Source: a virus
Lineage: Duplodnaviria; Caudoviricetes
Strand: one strand, 5' to 3'
DNA length: 36,717 nucleotides
Virus record (IMG/VR): IMGVR_UViG_3300040985_000803
Span: 1 to 36,717 of that record
The translations under genes were made by a program, and so were the position numbers. Below are positions 15,755-24,568 of this stretch, piece by piece. The notes beneath the pieces were generated by a model that was given only the letters and a program-made list of their open reading frames with translations, had not been told where the DNA came from and did not search any database. Within the stretch, counting starts at the first letter, position 1. Every line of letters begins with the position of its first letter.

Positions 15755-16145
15755 AAAAGTAGTAAAAAGACGACCGCCATATAAGCCTAATGATGAGGAT
15801 AGGCGCACGGTTGAAATGATGGCGGCAATAGGCACAACGCAGGAGAACATAGCGCGGTGCGTAGGTGGTGGAGTTGATATTAAGACGCTGGTCAAATATT
15901 ACAGGGAAGAGCTGGACACTGCTGGGATCAAGGCATGTGCCAAAGTCGGCGGCGCAATGTATAACAAGGCTATCGGCGGCGATGTACAGGCGCAGAAATA
16001 TTTCTTAGGCTGTCGTGCTGGCTGGAAAGAAACCGTCAAAGTCGAAAACGAAGTAACCGTAGCACCGCCCAAGGTGGCAGAGGAAGTAGATGCAATCTTC
16101 AATACACCTACCGTCTTGGACGACGAAGAAGAAACATTACACTGA
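15744..16145 (+). CDS. terS: Terminase small subunit
   Basis: HTH-like ...IA...G.D.KTL.KYY.EEL..., GD..AQ..FL.....WKE; directly upstream of terL. Confidence 0.75.
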   Translation: MPRKKVVKRRPPYKPNDEDRRTVEMMAAIGTTQENIARCVGGGVDIKTLVKYYREELDTAGIKACAKVGGAMYNKAIGGDVQAQKYFLGCRAGWKETVKVENEVTVAPPKVAEEVDAIFNTPTVLDDEEETLH

Positions 16146-17631
16146 TACGATTGACCGGGCGCGGAAGCTAGGGCCTGACCATGAGCAGGACGCCCGACGC
16201 CGGTTAGCCCAGGGTGACTTGTTTTGGTTGCTGGTGGGGGTACTAGGCCGCGCAGACGCTAACCGGGAATGGATATTTGACCGATGCAGGGAAGTACAAG
16301 CCAGCCCGGACGACCATTTAGACCTATGGGCGCGGGAGCATTACAAATCAACCATCATTACCTTTGCCCTGACTATCCAGAATATATTAAATAACCCCGA
16401 CATAACGATAGGGATATTCAGCCATACCCGGCCCACGGCGAAGGCTTTTATGCGCCAGATCAAGCGCGAGTTTGAAGGCAATAAGAAGCTAAAGGAGTTA
16501 TTCCCTGAAATCCTATGGGACGACCCGCAAGGCCAAGCCCCCAAGTGGTCAGAAGACGATGGGCTAGTAGTCAAGCGCACCGCCAACCCCAAGGAAAGCA
16601 CCTTAGAAGCGCATGGGCTAGTTGACGGGATGCCTACGGGCCGACACTTCGACTTGCTGGTATACGATGACGTTGTTACGGAAAAGTCGGTAACAAGCCC
16701 GGATATGATGGCGAAGACGCTTGACGCCTTGTCCCTATCGTACAACCTGGGAAGCCAAGGGGGCTTACGGCGCTTTGTCGGGACACGCTACCACTTCAAC
16801 GACGCCTACAAGGCCGTTATGGACCGGGGAACGGCGACACCACGGCTATATCCCGCAACTCTGGACGGCACGGTAGATGGGGAGCCGGTGTTATTGACGC
16901 CCAAGCAGCTTGCAGCCAAGCGGCGTGATCAAGGTCCGTATATATTTGCTTGCCAGATGCTACAAGACCCAAGGGCCGACGAGGCGCAGGGATTTGTCGA
17001 AACGTGGGTAAAGTATTACGAGGACCACCACGGGGCGCACGAAATGAACCGCTATATCCTTTGCGACCCGGCGGGCGAGAAGAAGAAGGCAAACGATTAC
17101 ACGGCGGCGTGGGTGATTGGCTTGTCGCCAGACCGAAACATCTACATCCTGGACATTGTGCGCGACCGGCTGAACCTTACTCAGCGCGCGGACCTGATCT
17201 TCAAGTGGCACCGGCAGTGGCAGCCCTATGGCGTGGGGTATGAGAAGTACGGCTTGATGGCAGACATCGAGCACATGGAAGACAGGATGGAGCGGGAGAA
17301 CTATCGCTTCGACATCCAAGAGCTCGGCGGCCAGCAACCGAAGAACGACCGGATTCGCCGGATGATACCAGACTTTGAGCAGGGCCGTATCTACATGCCG
17401 CGCACGCTCTACAAGACCGATTACGAAGGCATCGTGCGTGAGCTGGTGAGCACGTTCTTGGAAGAGGAATACAAAGCCTTCCCAGTTTCCCTGCATGATG
17501 ATATGCTCGACGCTCTCAGCAGGATGTATGACCTGGGCCTCGTTTGGCCTGAAACTGAGGAAGAGACCGAGGGTCGGGACCGTTATGCAGGGGGCGGGCG
17601 TAACCGCAAAGGAAGTTGGATGACATCGTAA
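16090..17631 (+). CDS. terL: Terminase large subunit (start uncertain)
   Basis: Walker A-like AREHYKST, TGRHFDLLVYDD, GTRYH, nuclease CDPA and HDDMLDAL. Confidence 0.93.
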   Translation: MQSSIHLPSWTTKKKHYTDTIDRARKLGPDHEQDARRRLAQGDLFWLLVGVLGRADANREWIFDRCREVQASPDDHLDLWAREHYKSTIITFALTIQNILNNPDITIGIFSHTRPTAKAFMRQIKREFEGNKKLKELFPEILWDDPQGQAPKWSEDDGLVVKRTANPKESTLEAHGLVDGMPTGRHFDLLVYDDVVTEKSVTSPDMMAKTLDALSLSYNLGSQGGLRRFVGTRYHFNDAYKAVMDRGTATPRLYPATLDGTVDGEPVLLTPKQLAAKRRDQGPYIFACQMLQDPRADEAQGFVETWVKYYEDHHGAHEMNRYILCDPAGEKKKANDYTAAWVIGLSPDRNIYILDIVRDRLNLTQRADLIFKWHRQWQPYGVGYEKYGLMADIEHMEDRMERENYRFDIQELGGQQPKNDRIRRMIPDFEQGRIYMPRTLYKTDYEGIVRELVSTFLEEEYKAFPVSLHDDMLDALSRMYDLGLVWPETEEETEGRDRYAGGGRNRKGSWMTS

Positions 17632-19727
17632 TGGACGACATGAAACTCGGCGTTGCAGAGCGCGCCAAGGCCGACCGCAAGGCTGCCGAAAACCATACCC
17701 GAGCATGGCGCGGCGATGCGAAAGAGGACTTCGGCTTCGTTGACGGGTCTATGCAGTGGGATGAGGGGGACGCTCAATTGCTCCGGGACGCCAACCGGCC
17801 TCCGGTGACGTTCAACCGGGTCGAGCCGGTCATCGACGTTATCACTGGCCTTGAGCTCGCGAACCGTCAAGAGGTGCGCTACATCCCCCGAGAGCGCGGG
17901 GACGTGAAGGTTAGCGAGGTGGCTACGTCTGCCGCTGATTGGGCGCGCGATGGGTGTGATGCCGAGGACGAAGAGAGTGACGCTTTCCGGGACATGGCTA
18001 CGTGTGGCATGGGGTGGACCGAGACCCGCATGGATTACGAGCGCGATCCAGACGGCGAGATCGTCATCACCCGCGTTGACCCGCTGGAAATGCTGTGGGA
18101 CACGAACGCGACGAAGAAGAACCTGTCAGACGCTCGATGGCTTGGCCGAATGAAGGACTACACCGAGGCTGAGCTAAAAGCGGATTTCCCAGACAAGCAC
18201 GAAGAGGTTACGGGGCTTTCGAGCCTGTGGGGTGACGACCTGGACTCCGGGACGCCTCACGCGACCATCGCTGGCGACCAGTACGGCACAGAGCGCGAGA
18301 CCGGCAACAAGCGGGAGAAGCTCATCAAGGTGATGGAATACCAGTGGTACGAGACCGTGCCGGCGTGGCGCGTCCATGACCCGCTCAAGGACGAGCTCAT
18401 CCAGCTCGAGCAGGACCGCTTCACCCGGCTGAAGGAGCGATTGACGGAGCAGGGCATGGACCCTGAAGGCCTGAAGGCCGTAAAGCAGCGCAAGCGCGTG
18501 TACAAGCGCGCGTTTATCGCAGGCGACATCGTCTTGGAAGAGGGCGACAGCCCGTGCGATGACGGCTTCACGTACAAGTGCATGACCGCCAAGCGCGACC
18601 GCAACAAGAATACGTGGTACGGCGTTGTGCGCGGCATGAAAGACCCGCAACGCTGGGCCAATAAGTGGCTCTCGCAGATCATGCATATCATCAACGCCAA
18701 TGCGAAGGGTGGCGTGCTCGCGGAGCAAGACGCCTTTATCAACCCGCGCAAGGCTGAAGAGGAATGGGCAAAGCCCGATTCCATCACTGTCTTGAAGAAG
18801 GGTGCCCTGTCTCAGGGCAAGATCAAGGAGAAATCACCGATCAATTTCCCGTCAGGCTTGGACAAGCTGATGGAGTTCGCAGTGATGTCTATCCGGGACG
18901 TTAGTGGGGTTAACGTGGACATGCTCGCCTCTCGTGAGGGGTCTGGCACCAGCGGCATCCAGGACTATCAGAACCGTCAGTCGGGGATCAACATTCTCGG
19001 GACTATGTTCAACTCGATGCGCCGGTATCGTAAGGAGCAGGGCAGGCTGTTGCTGGAGTACATCGTCAAATACATTTCTGACGGTCGGTTGATCCGCATC
19101 GTTGGTGAGGATGGCGAGAAGTACGTCCCATTGATGAAGGAAGAGATGGCGGGCAAGTACGACATTATCGTTGATGACGCGCCGTCGAGCCCGAACCAGA
19201 AAGACCGGACGTTCTCGATCTTGTCGGGATTGCTCCCAGGCTTATTGCAGGCCGGCATCCCGATACCGAAGGAGATCATCGACTACGTGCCTATCCCCTC
19301 TGCGCTTCAAGAGAAGTGGAAAGAGACGCTCGACCAATCTGGCGGTCCTTCGCCGGAGCAGATACAAGAAATGCAGATGGTCATGCAAGCCTTGAAGGAA
19401 GAGAACGAGAAACTGAAGAACGACAACTCCGACAAGATGGCGAAAATCCAGGCGGATGCCGTCGCGAAGAAGGAAGACCTCGATCACCAGATTGCGATGG
19501 ACGCCCAAGAGCTGGAGCACAAGCGCACAATGGCTGAAGAAGAGATGCGTCTCAAGCGAGAGATGGCAGAGGCCGACGCAGAGCTGGACGTTCTCAAGGC
19601 GCAGGCACAGTTCGAGTTGAAAGAGATGTCAGAGCTTTCGAAGGAAGCAGACCGGCAGGCTGAAGCTTTGAGGAAGGACAATGAATCCGAAGAGAAGCGC
19701 GAAGAGAAGCCGCAGATCGTGCGCTAG
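17631..19727 (+). CDS. Portal protein (P22-like)
   Basis: F..G.QW, RP..TFNRV.P.I....G.E, YGVVR.MKDPQ...NK, GKYDI.VD..PS; long C-terminal coil; alternative TTG start at 17616. Confidence 0.92.
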   Translation: MDDMKLGVAERAKADRKAAENHTRAWRGDAKEDFGFVDGSMQWDEGDAQLLRDANRPPVTFNRVEPVIDVITGLELANRQEVRYIPRERGDVKVSEVATSAADWARDGCDAEDEESDAFRDMATCGMGWTETRMDYERDPDGEIVITRVDPLEMLWDTNATKKNLSDARWLGRMKDYTEAELKADFPDKHEEVTGLSSLWGDDLDSGTPHATIAGDQYGTERETGNKREKLIKVMEYQWYETVPAWRVHDPLKDELIQLEQDRFTRLKERLTEQGMDPEGLKAVKQRKRVYKRAFIAGDIVLEEGDSPCDDGFTYKCMTAKRDRNKNTWYGVVRGMKDPQRWANKWLSQIMHIINANAKGGVLAEQDAFINPRKAEEEWAKPDSITVLKKGALSQGKIKEKSPINFPSGLDKLMEFAVMSIRDVSGVNVDMLASREGSGTSGIQDYQNRQSGINILGTMFNSMRRYRKEQGRLLLEYIVKYISDGRLIRIVGEDGEKYVPLMKEEMAGKYDIIVDDAPSSPNQKDRTFSILSGLLPGLLQAGIPIPKEIIDYVPIPSALQEKWKETLDQSGGPSPEQIQEMQMVMQALKEENEKLKNDNSDKMAKIQADAVAKKEDLDHQIAMDAQELEHKRTMAEEEMRLKREMAEADAELDVLKAQAQFELKEMSELSKEADRQAEALRKDNESEEKREEKPQIVR

Positions 19728-19729
19728 CT

Positions 19730-19993
19730 ATGGGATACAAGACAAATGACTTTTATCACTCCACGACCAACGATTTTGACGCCTTCGACTTTTCCAGGCT
19801 AGGGTCAGGCGGTGCCTCAGTAGATGAACCGGCAGTATTCTTGTCGTCAAAACCGGGAGTCACAGACGAATATATCGCGCATCCTTGGGTCAGGAATACG
19901 GACGAGGTGAAACGCCAGTTCGGGGACCAGGGCGGGGAGGTTGTGAGGGTTTATCATGAAGGGGGCCTATTAAGTATTTTAGCACAAACCTAA
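19730..19993 (+). pseudogene. ADP-ribosyltransferase (ART-PolyVal-like) N-terminal fragment
   Basis: MGY.T..FYHST..DFDAFD......AVFLSS.P....Y...GG.V..VY; ends before the catalytic C-terminal strands. Confidence 0.5.
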
Positions 19994-20055
19994 CGTCAGG
20001 CCAAGACGAGAAATGGCAGCGGAACCCATCCGATCATGGGAAAAGGAAGACGATT

Positions 20056-20970
20056 ATGAGCGAAGAGACCGGCACTGCCGAACAATTAGCAGAACCCACA
20101 CCAGAACCCCTCTCAGAAGACCCGTGGGGCGACGGAGAAGCGCAAGAGGCCGCTCCAGCGCCCGACCCTACCCCGGAACCTGCACCTGAGCCTGTAGCGG
20201 AGCCTGTGGCGGTCGATCCGCCGGCAGACCCAGAGGCCGAAGAGAAGCCGGAAAAGACCGTTCCTTACGCAGCGATGCATGAAGAGCGCATGATGCGTAA
20301 AGAGGCGGCCCAAGAGGCGGCAGACGCACGGGAGAAGATGGCGCGCATGGAAGAGCGTTTCCAAATGATCCAGGAGCGGATGGCAGCGCCAGAGCCAGAA
20401 CCTGCGGACTTCGATGACGATCCGGCAGAGTACCTGAACGAGACCTTGCAAAAGACCCAGGCAGAGCTCGCCGAGGTTAAGCAGAGGCTTGAAGGCCAGG
20501 ACGAACAGTCTGAAGCCAATCAACGCTTCAATAACATGATGGGCAACTACAAGACTGCGGTGCAGACGTACTCGTCAGAAACGCCGGAGTTCCAAGACGC
20601 GTACAATTATGCCTTCTCGGGGCGTGTCCAGGAATACATGGCGGCGGGATATGATGAGAAGACCTCGACATCGATTGCCCAACAGGATGAGGTCGCCATC
20701 GTGCAGAAAGCATTTGCGGACGGCGTCAACCCGGCAGAGCGTATCCACGCGCTTGCAAAGGCGCGAGGCTTTACGGCTGCGCCCAAGCCTGCGGGTGCGG
20801 AAGAAAAGCTTGCGGCTATCGAGAAGGGCCAAGAGGCTGCGAAGAACCTTGGGGGCGCCGCGCCGCCGCCTGAGCTGACGCTAGAGGCGCTCGCGGACAT
20901 GGATGATGAAGACTTCGCCGCGAATTGGGACAAGGCGATGGGCGTGAAAAACACTTCCATTTATGGCTAA
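20056..20970 (+). CDS. Capsid scaffolding protein
   Basis: Acidic Pro-rich N-terminus, VPY.A.HEER..RK, coiled coil, NPAE.I..LAK.RG; between portal and MCP. Confidence 0.85.
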   Translation: MSEETGTAEQLAEPTPEPLSEDPWGDGEAQEAAPAPDPTPEPAPEPVAEPVAVDPPADPEAEEKPEKTVPYAAMHEERMMRKEAAQEAADAREKMARMEERFQMIQERMAAPEPEPADFDDDPAEYLNETLQKTQAELAEVKQRLEGQDEQSEANQRFNNMMGNYKTAVQTYSSETPEFQDAYNYAFSGRVQEYMAAGYDEKTSTSIAQQDEVAIVQKAFADGVNPAERIHALAKARGFTAAPKPAGAEEKLAAIEKGQEAAKNLGGAAPPPELTLEALADMDDEDFAANWDKAMGVKNTSIYG

Positions 20971-20985
20971 AAGCGGATAGGCTTA

Positions 20986-21100
20986 GTGTTGCGTGGGAAA
21001 ACTCTTGCGCAACACTCGCCGTTCTGATGGGCGTAAAAGTCAGGCAAACATAGCGTTGAGGAACGTAAACCCGAGATAGCGGCGGCCCCCGATAAAGGCC
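20986..21100 (+). promoter_or_regulatory. Structured leader of the major capsid gene (13-bp hairpin plus mini-pseudoknots)
   Basis: GTGTTGCGTGGGA-aaac-TCTTGCGCAACAC (20986-21015) followed by three CG...CG-(T/A)AAA units. Confidence 0.5.
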
Positions 21101-21141
21101 ACGAACCCTTATCTTTTAACGCTATGTTTGGAGAAAATCAC

Positions 21142-22215
21142 ATGGCAAACACAGACTATCCTGTAGGGCATCCGCTCGCAGTAAAGCTGTGGAGCAAGAA
21201 GCTCATGCACGAGGCGCTCAAGCAAACTTGGGCCTCGAAATTCATGGGCACCGGCTCCGACAGTCTGATGCAGATCAAGGATGACACCCAGAAGGGCGCT
21301 GGCGACAAGATCACCTGCGGCCTCCGCATGCAATTGACCGGCGACGGTATCCAGGGTGATGGCACCTTGGAGGGCAACGAAGAAGCTCTCGTGACGTACA
21401 GCGACAGCGTCTTTATTGATCAATTGCGTCATGCCGTTCGTTCTTCGGGCAAAATGTCCGAACAGCGCGTCCCGTTCTCCGTTCGTGAAGAAGCTCGCAT
21501 GGGCCTTCAGGATTGGTGGGCAGACCGCTTCGATACGGCCTTCATGAACCAGCTTGCTGGAAATACAGATGTCTCAGACACGCGACTGACGGGCAACCAA
21601 GCGACGATTGCCGCTACCGCCTCTCGCCTGATCTGTGGTGGCTTGCACGATACCGAGGCTTCGCTCTCCGCGACGACCACGGAAGCCATGCAGCTCCGCG
21701 ACATCGACCGGCTGGTTGCCAAGGCGAAGACGTTGACCCCGATCATCCGGCCCTTGAAGGTCGGCGGGCAAGACAAGTTCGTCCTGTTCATCCACCCCAA
21801 CCAGATGTACTCGTTGCGCACCAACAACACCTCGACCGTTGGTAACTACGTGGACATCTTCAAAGCTGCCATGCAGGGCGGGGTTTACAAAGACAACCCG
21901 ATCATGCAGGGCGCCAGCTTTGAGTATAACAACGTCATCGTTCACGAATCCACTCGTGTTCCTGACATTGTTGGAACCCCGAACAGTGGCGCGGCTACCG
22001 CGTTCCGCTCCGCGATCTTCTGCGGCGCGCAGGCTGGTATCATGGCGTTTGGCCGAGACGATGGTCCGAACCGCATGAACTGGACTGAAGAGCTGTTCGA
22101 TTACGAAAACCAGCTTGGTGTTGCAGCCGGGTGTATCTATGGCATGAAGAAAACCGTCTACAATTCGACGGACTTCGCGACCATCGTGCTCTCGACCTAC
22201 GCACCCGACGCTTAA
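21142..22215 (+). CDS. Major capsid protein (N4-gp56/DUF4043-like)
   Basis: KLWSKKL, GD.I...L...L.G.G..GD..LEGNEE.L, IDQLRHAV, EE.FDY.N; GGAG RBS. Confidence 0.92.
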   Translation: MANTDYPVGHPLAVKLWSKKLMHEALKQTWASKFMGTGSDSLMQIKDDTQKGAGDKITCGLRMQLTGDGIQGDGTLEGNEEALVTYSDSVFIDQLRHAVRSSGKMSEQRVPFSVREEARMGLQDWWADRFDTAFMNQLAGNTDVSDTRLTGNQATIAATASRLICGGLHDTEASLSATTTEAMQLRDIDRLVAKAKTLTPIIRPLKVGGQDKFVLFIHPNQMYSLRTNNTSTVGNYVDIFKAAMQGGVYKDNPIMQGASFEYNNVIVHESTRVPDIVGTPNSGAATAFRSAIFCGAQAGIMAFGRDDGPNRMNWTEELFDYENQLGVAAGCIYGMKKTVYNSTDFATIVLSTYAPDA

Positions 22216-22230
22216 AGGAGGGCATAGAAA

Positions 22231-22653
22231 ATGGCTGTTACAACTGTCACTTCGACTGCCGCCGTTGCCGGCGTTGAACCTCGTTTGGTTCACACGGGCG
22301 TCAATGTCGTAAACGCAAAATACGTCCACGCTGGAACGGTCGGCGACATCATCCTGATGTGCAAAGTCCCGACCGGCGCGGACATCATTGGCGTGTACGG
22401 CAAGATCACCACCGCAGAAACCGCTGCGAATGCCACGGTCGGCATTCAAGGCTCTGCGGCTGTATTCGGGTCGCTTGGCAGCGGCACGGCTCCGGTGTTC
22501 ACCACGCTCGGCGGCAACAAGTATCGCATCTCGGTGTCTGATGACGCCACGGCGCGTTACCGCAACATCGTGGTATCGCCGACATCAGCCACTTGGACGA
22601 TCTCGGCAACGATTGACCTGACGGTTCTTTACACCGCAATCAATCAGTCGTAA
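22231..22653 (+). CDS. Putative capsid decoration/cement protein (Ser/Thr-rich, beta-rich)
   Basis: Strong AGGAGG RBS directly after the MCP, followed by a terminator; 21 Thr plus 10 Ser in 140 aa. Confidence 0.7.
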   Translation: MAVTTVTSTAAVAGVEPRLVHTGVNVVNAKYVHAGTVGDIILMCKVPTGADIIGVYGKITTAETAANATVGIQGSAAVFGSLGSGTAPVFTTLGGNKYRISVSDDATARYRNIVVSPTSATWTISATIDLTVLYTAINQS

Positions 22654-22659
22654 GTTATC

Positions 22660-22703
22660 GGGGCGGGCTGGCCGTTCAACCTCCCGCCCCTTTAACAATT
22701 TTT
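22660..22703 (+). terminator. Rho-independent terminator after the capsid genes
   Basis: GGGGCGGG...CCCGCCCC stem then TTTAACAATTTTT. Confidence 0.65.
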
Positions 22704-22717
22704 ACTCAGGGGTAAAA

Positions 22718-24061
22718 ATGCGACCATTCCTCGATGTCATTAAAGAAGCAGGAAATCATCACGCGGCGGGTCAGTTCGACCAAGCCGCTTTTCTGTATGA
22801 GAACCTATTGGGCGCGGTCCCAGATGACGCTGTCTTACTGTATCTATACGGGACATTGTGCAGTCAAGTGCAGCGGTTTGGTTCCGCGATTACCTTCCTC
22901 CGCAAGTCGGTCGAACTAGCGCCAGACCTCGATGAGGCTTGGCACAACCTTGGCGTTGCGCTGCGAAACGAAGGCCATAACGAAGAGGCCAGGAAAGCCT
23001 ACTCTCGAGCGATAGCATTGAACCCGGATAGCGCGGACCTCCTCGCCATGATGGCAGGCTCATACATCAACGAGGGTCTCCCCGATCGGGCATTAGAGTG
23101 GGCAGAGAAAGCTCTGGCCATCGACCCTGAACAAATACACGGCATGAACCACAAAGCCCTCGCCCTTTTGGAATTAGGGCGCTTTGAAGAGGCGTGGGGG
23201 CCGTACAGGGCGCGCTTCGACCTGCCCAGCATGTCTGCCTCCCCTCGACCATACGAGTGCCCAGAATGGGAAGGTCAGCCCGTGAAGAAGCTTGCCATAC
23301 ATGGCGAGCAGGGCTTGGGCGACGAGGTCATGTTCATGTCTTGCTTCGCAGAGGCGGCAGAGCTCGCAGACGAAATCGTTATAGAGTGCGAGCGGCGCCT
23401 TGTCCCCCTGTTCAAGCGGTCATTCGGCTGCGATGTCTACGAAAGCCACGTCAGCTTGGTGACGGCGCACCCTGACGTTGATGCGTTTATCCCGATGGGC
23501 AACCTTCCAGGGCTATTCAGGACAAGCACCGAGTCGTTCGATGCCGCCAAGCCATTTCTCAAAACCAACCCGGCACTGGTGAAGAAGTACCGCAAGCGCC
23601 TCGAGCGTCTCGGGCCAGGGCCATACGTTGGTGTCGGTTGGCACGGCGGAACCAAGGCAACGCACCAGGAGGTACGCAATGCACCTCAAGACCTTTGGGA
23701 GAAAGTGGTCGGATCTCCGGGCACGTTCATCTCTCTCCAGTATGGCGAAGAGGCGGCACAACAGGCGAAGGCCCTTGGCATACAGCATTGGCAGAGCTCG
23801 ATTGATGATCTCGATAACTTTGCGGCTCTGGTCGATGCATGCGACATTGTCGTATCAGTTTGCCAAACTGCGATTCATGTCGCTGGTGGAGTGGGTACGG
23901 AATGTTGGTGCCTGACACCATCAAAGCCTGCCTGGAGGTACGCCATTGTTGGCGATATGCCCTGGTACAAAGACGTTCACCTTGTGCGCCAAAATGGTGA
24001 CGATTGGGGCTCGGCCTTTATGGAGGTTATGATGCGTCTCAATGGTCTGGAGGCAGCCTGA
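22718..24061 (+). CDS. TPR-repeat GT-B glycosyltransferase (FlmG/FlbA-like protein glycosyltransferase)
   Basis: N-terminal TPRs (EAWHNLGVAL...A..AY.RAI.LNP); EQGLGDEVMF, RL.PLF.RSF, VG..W.GG, SLQYG, D.D..AAL..ACD.V.SV, HVAG..G. Confidence 0.85.
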   Translation: MRPFLDVIKEAGNHHAAGQFDQAAFLYENLLGAVPDDAVLLYLYGTLCSQVQRFGSAITFLRKSVELAPDLDEAWHNLGVALRNEGHNEEARKAYSRAIALNPDSADLLAMMAGSYINEGLPDRALEWAEKALAIDPEQIHGMNHKALALLELGRFEEAWGPYRARFDLPSMSASPRPYECPEWEGQPVKKLAIHGEQGLGDEVMFMSCFAEAAELADEIVIECERRLVPLFKRSFGCDVYESHVSLVTAHPDVDAFIPMGNLPGLFRTSTESFDAAKPFLKTNPALVKKYRKRLERLGPGPYVGVGWHGGTKATHQEVRNAPQDLWEKVVGSPGTFISLQYGEEAAQQAKALGIQHWQSSIDDLDNFAALVDACDIVVSVCQTAIHVAGGVGTECWCLTPSKPAWRYAIVGDMPWYKDVHLVRQNGDDWGSAFMEVMMRLNGLEAA

Positions 24062-24561
24062 TGTTAATATCTGAAACATATCGTGATCTGAACGAAGAAC
24101 TGCACGATACCAATGCAAGCTACGGCACGTCAGGCAAGCGACACGCCGAGACCGTCGCCGAGTTGGCGAACATGCTCAAGTCAACCAACGTCCTCGACTA
24201 CGGCTGCGGAAAAGGCACGCTAAACGATGCCCTAGGGTTCCGCATAAAGGAATACGACCCGTGCATTGAGGGCAAGGACGACGAACCGGACCTCGCGGAC
24301 CTTGTCGTCTGCACCGATGTTCTGGAGCACGTCGAACCCGATTGCATTGATGACGTTCTCAACCATATCGAGGAACTGGCCCTCCAGGCTGTGTTTCTCA
24401 CCGTCGCCACGCAACCCGCGAAGAAGTTTCTGTCTGATGGGCGGAACGCGCATATCTGCCTTGAGCAGGCGGATTGGTGGCTGCCCAAGCTTATGAAGAG
24501 ATGGAAGCTCGTGACCTTCCAGGATTCGGGCGGGGAATTTCAGGTAATCTTAGAAGCATAG
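24061..24561 (+). CDS. Class I SAM-dependent methyltransferase (small-molecule/sugar type)
   Basis: VLDYGCGKG, YDP, DLVVCTDVLEHV, NAH; no DNA-MTase catalytic motif; TGATG coupling. Confidence 0.9.
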   Translation: MLISETYRDLNEELHDTNASYGTSGKRHAETVAELANMLKSTNVLDYGCGKGTLNDALGFRIKEYDPCIEGKDDEPDLADLVVCTDVLEHVEPDCIDDVLNHIEELALQAVFLTVATQPAKKFLSDGRNAHICLEQADWWLPKLMKRWKLVTFQDSGGEFQVILEA

Positions 24562-24568
24562 GTGTAAG

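Noticed and set aside
16960-17706. 248-aa antisense ORF in terL, and similar antisense ORFs in portal and ejection genes
   Set aside because: Opposite well-supported genes; no motifs or translation signals
22213-22231. Possible stop read-through fusing MCP to the same-frame decoration gene
   Set aside because: Two in-frame stops (TAA and TAG) intervene, and the downstream gene has its own strong RBS
21574-22449. 291-aa antisense ORF across the MCP and decoration genes
   Set aside because: Shadow ORF expected from strong codon bias in two same-frame, highly expressed genes; no RBS or recognisable motifs
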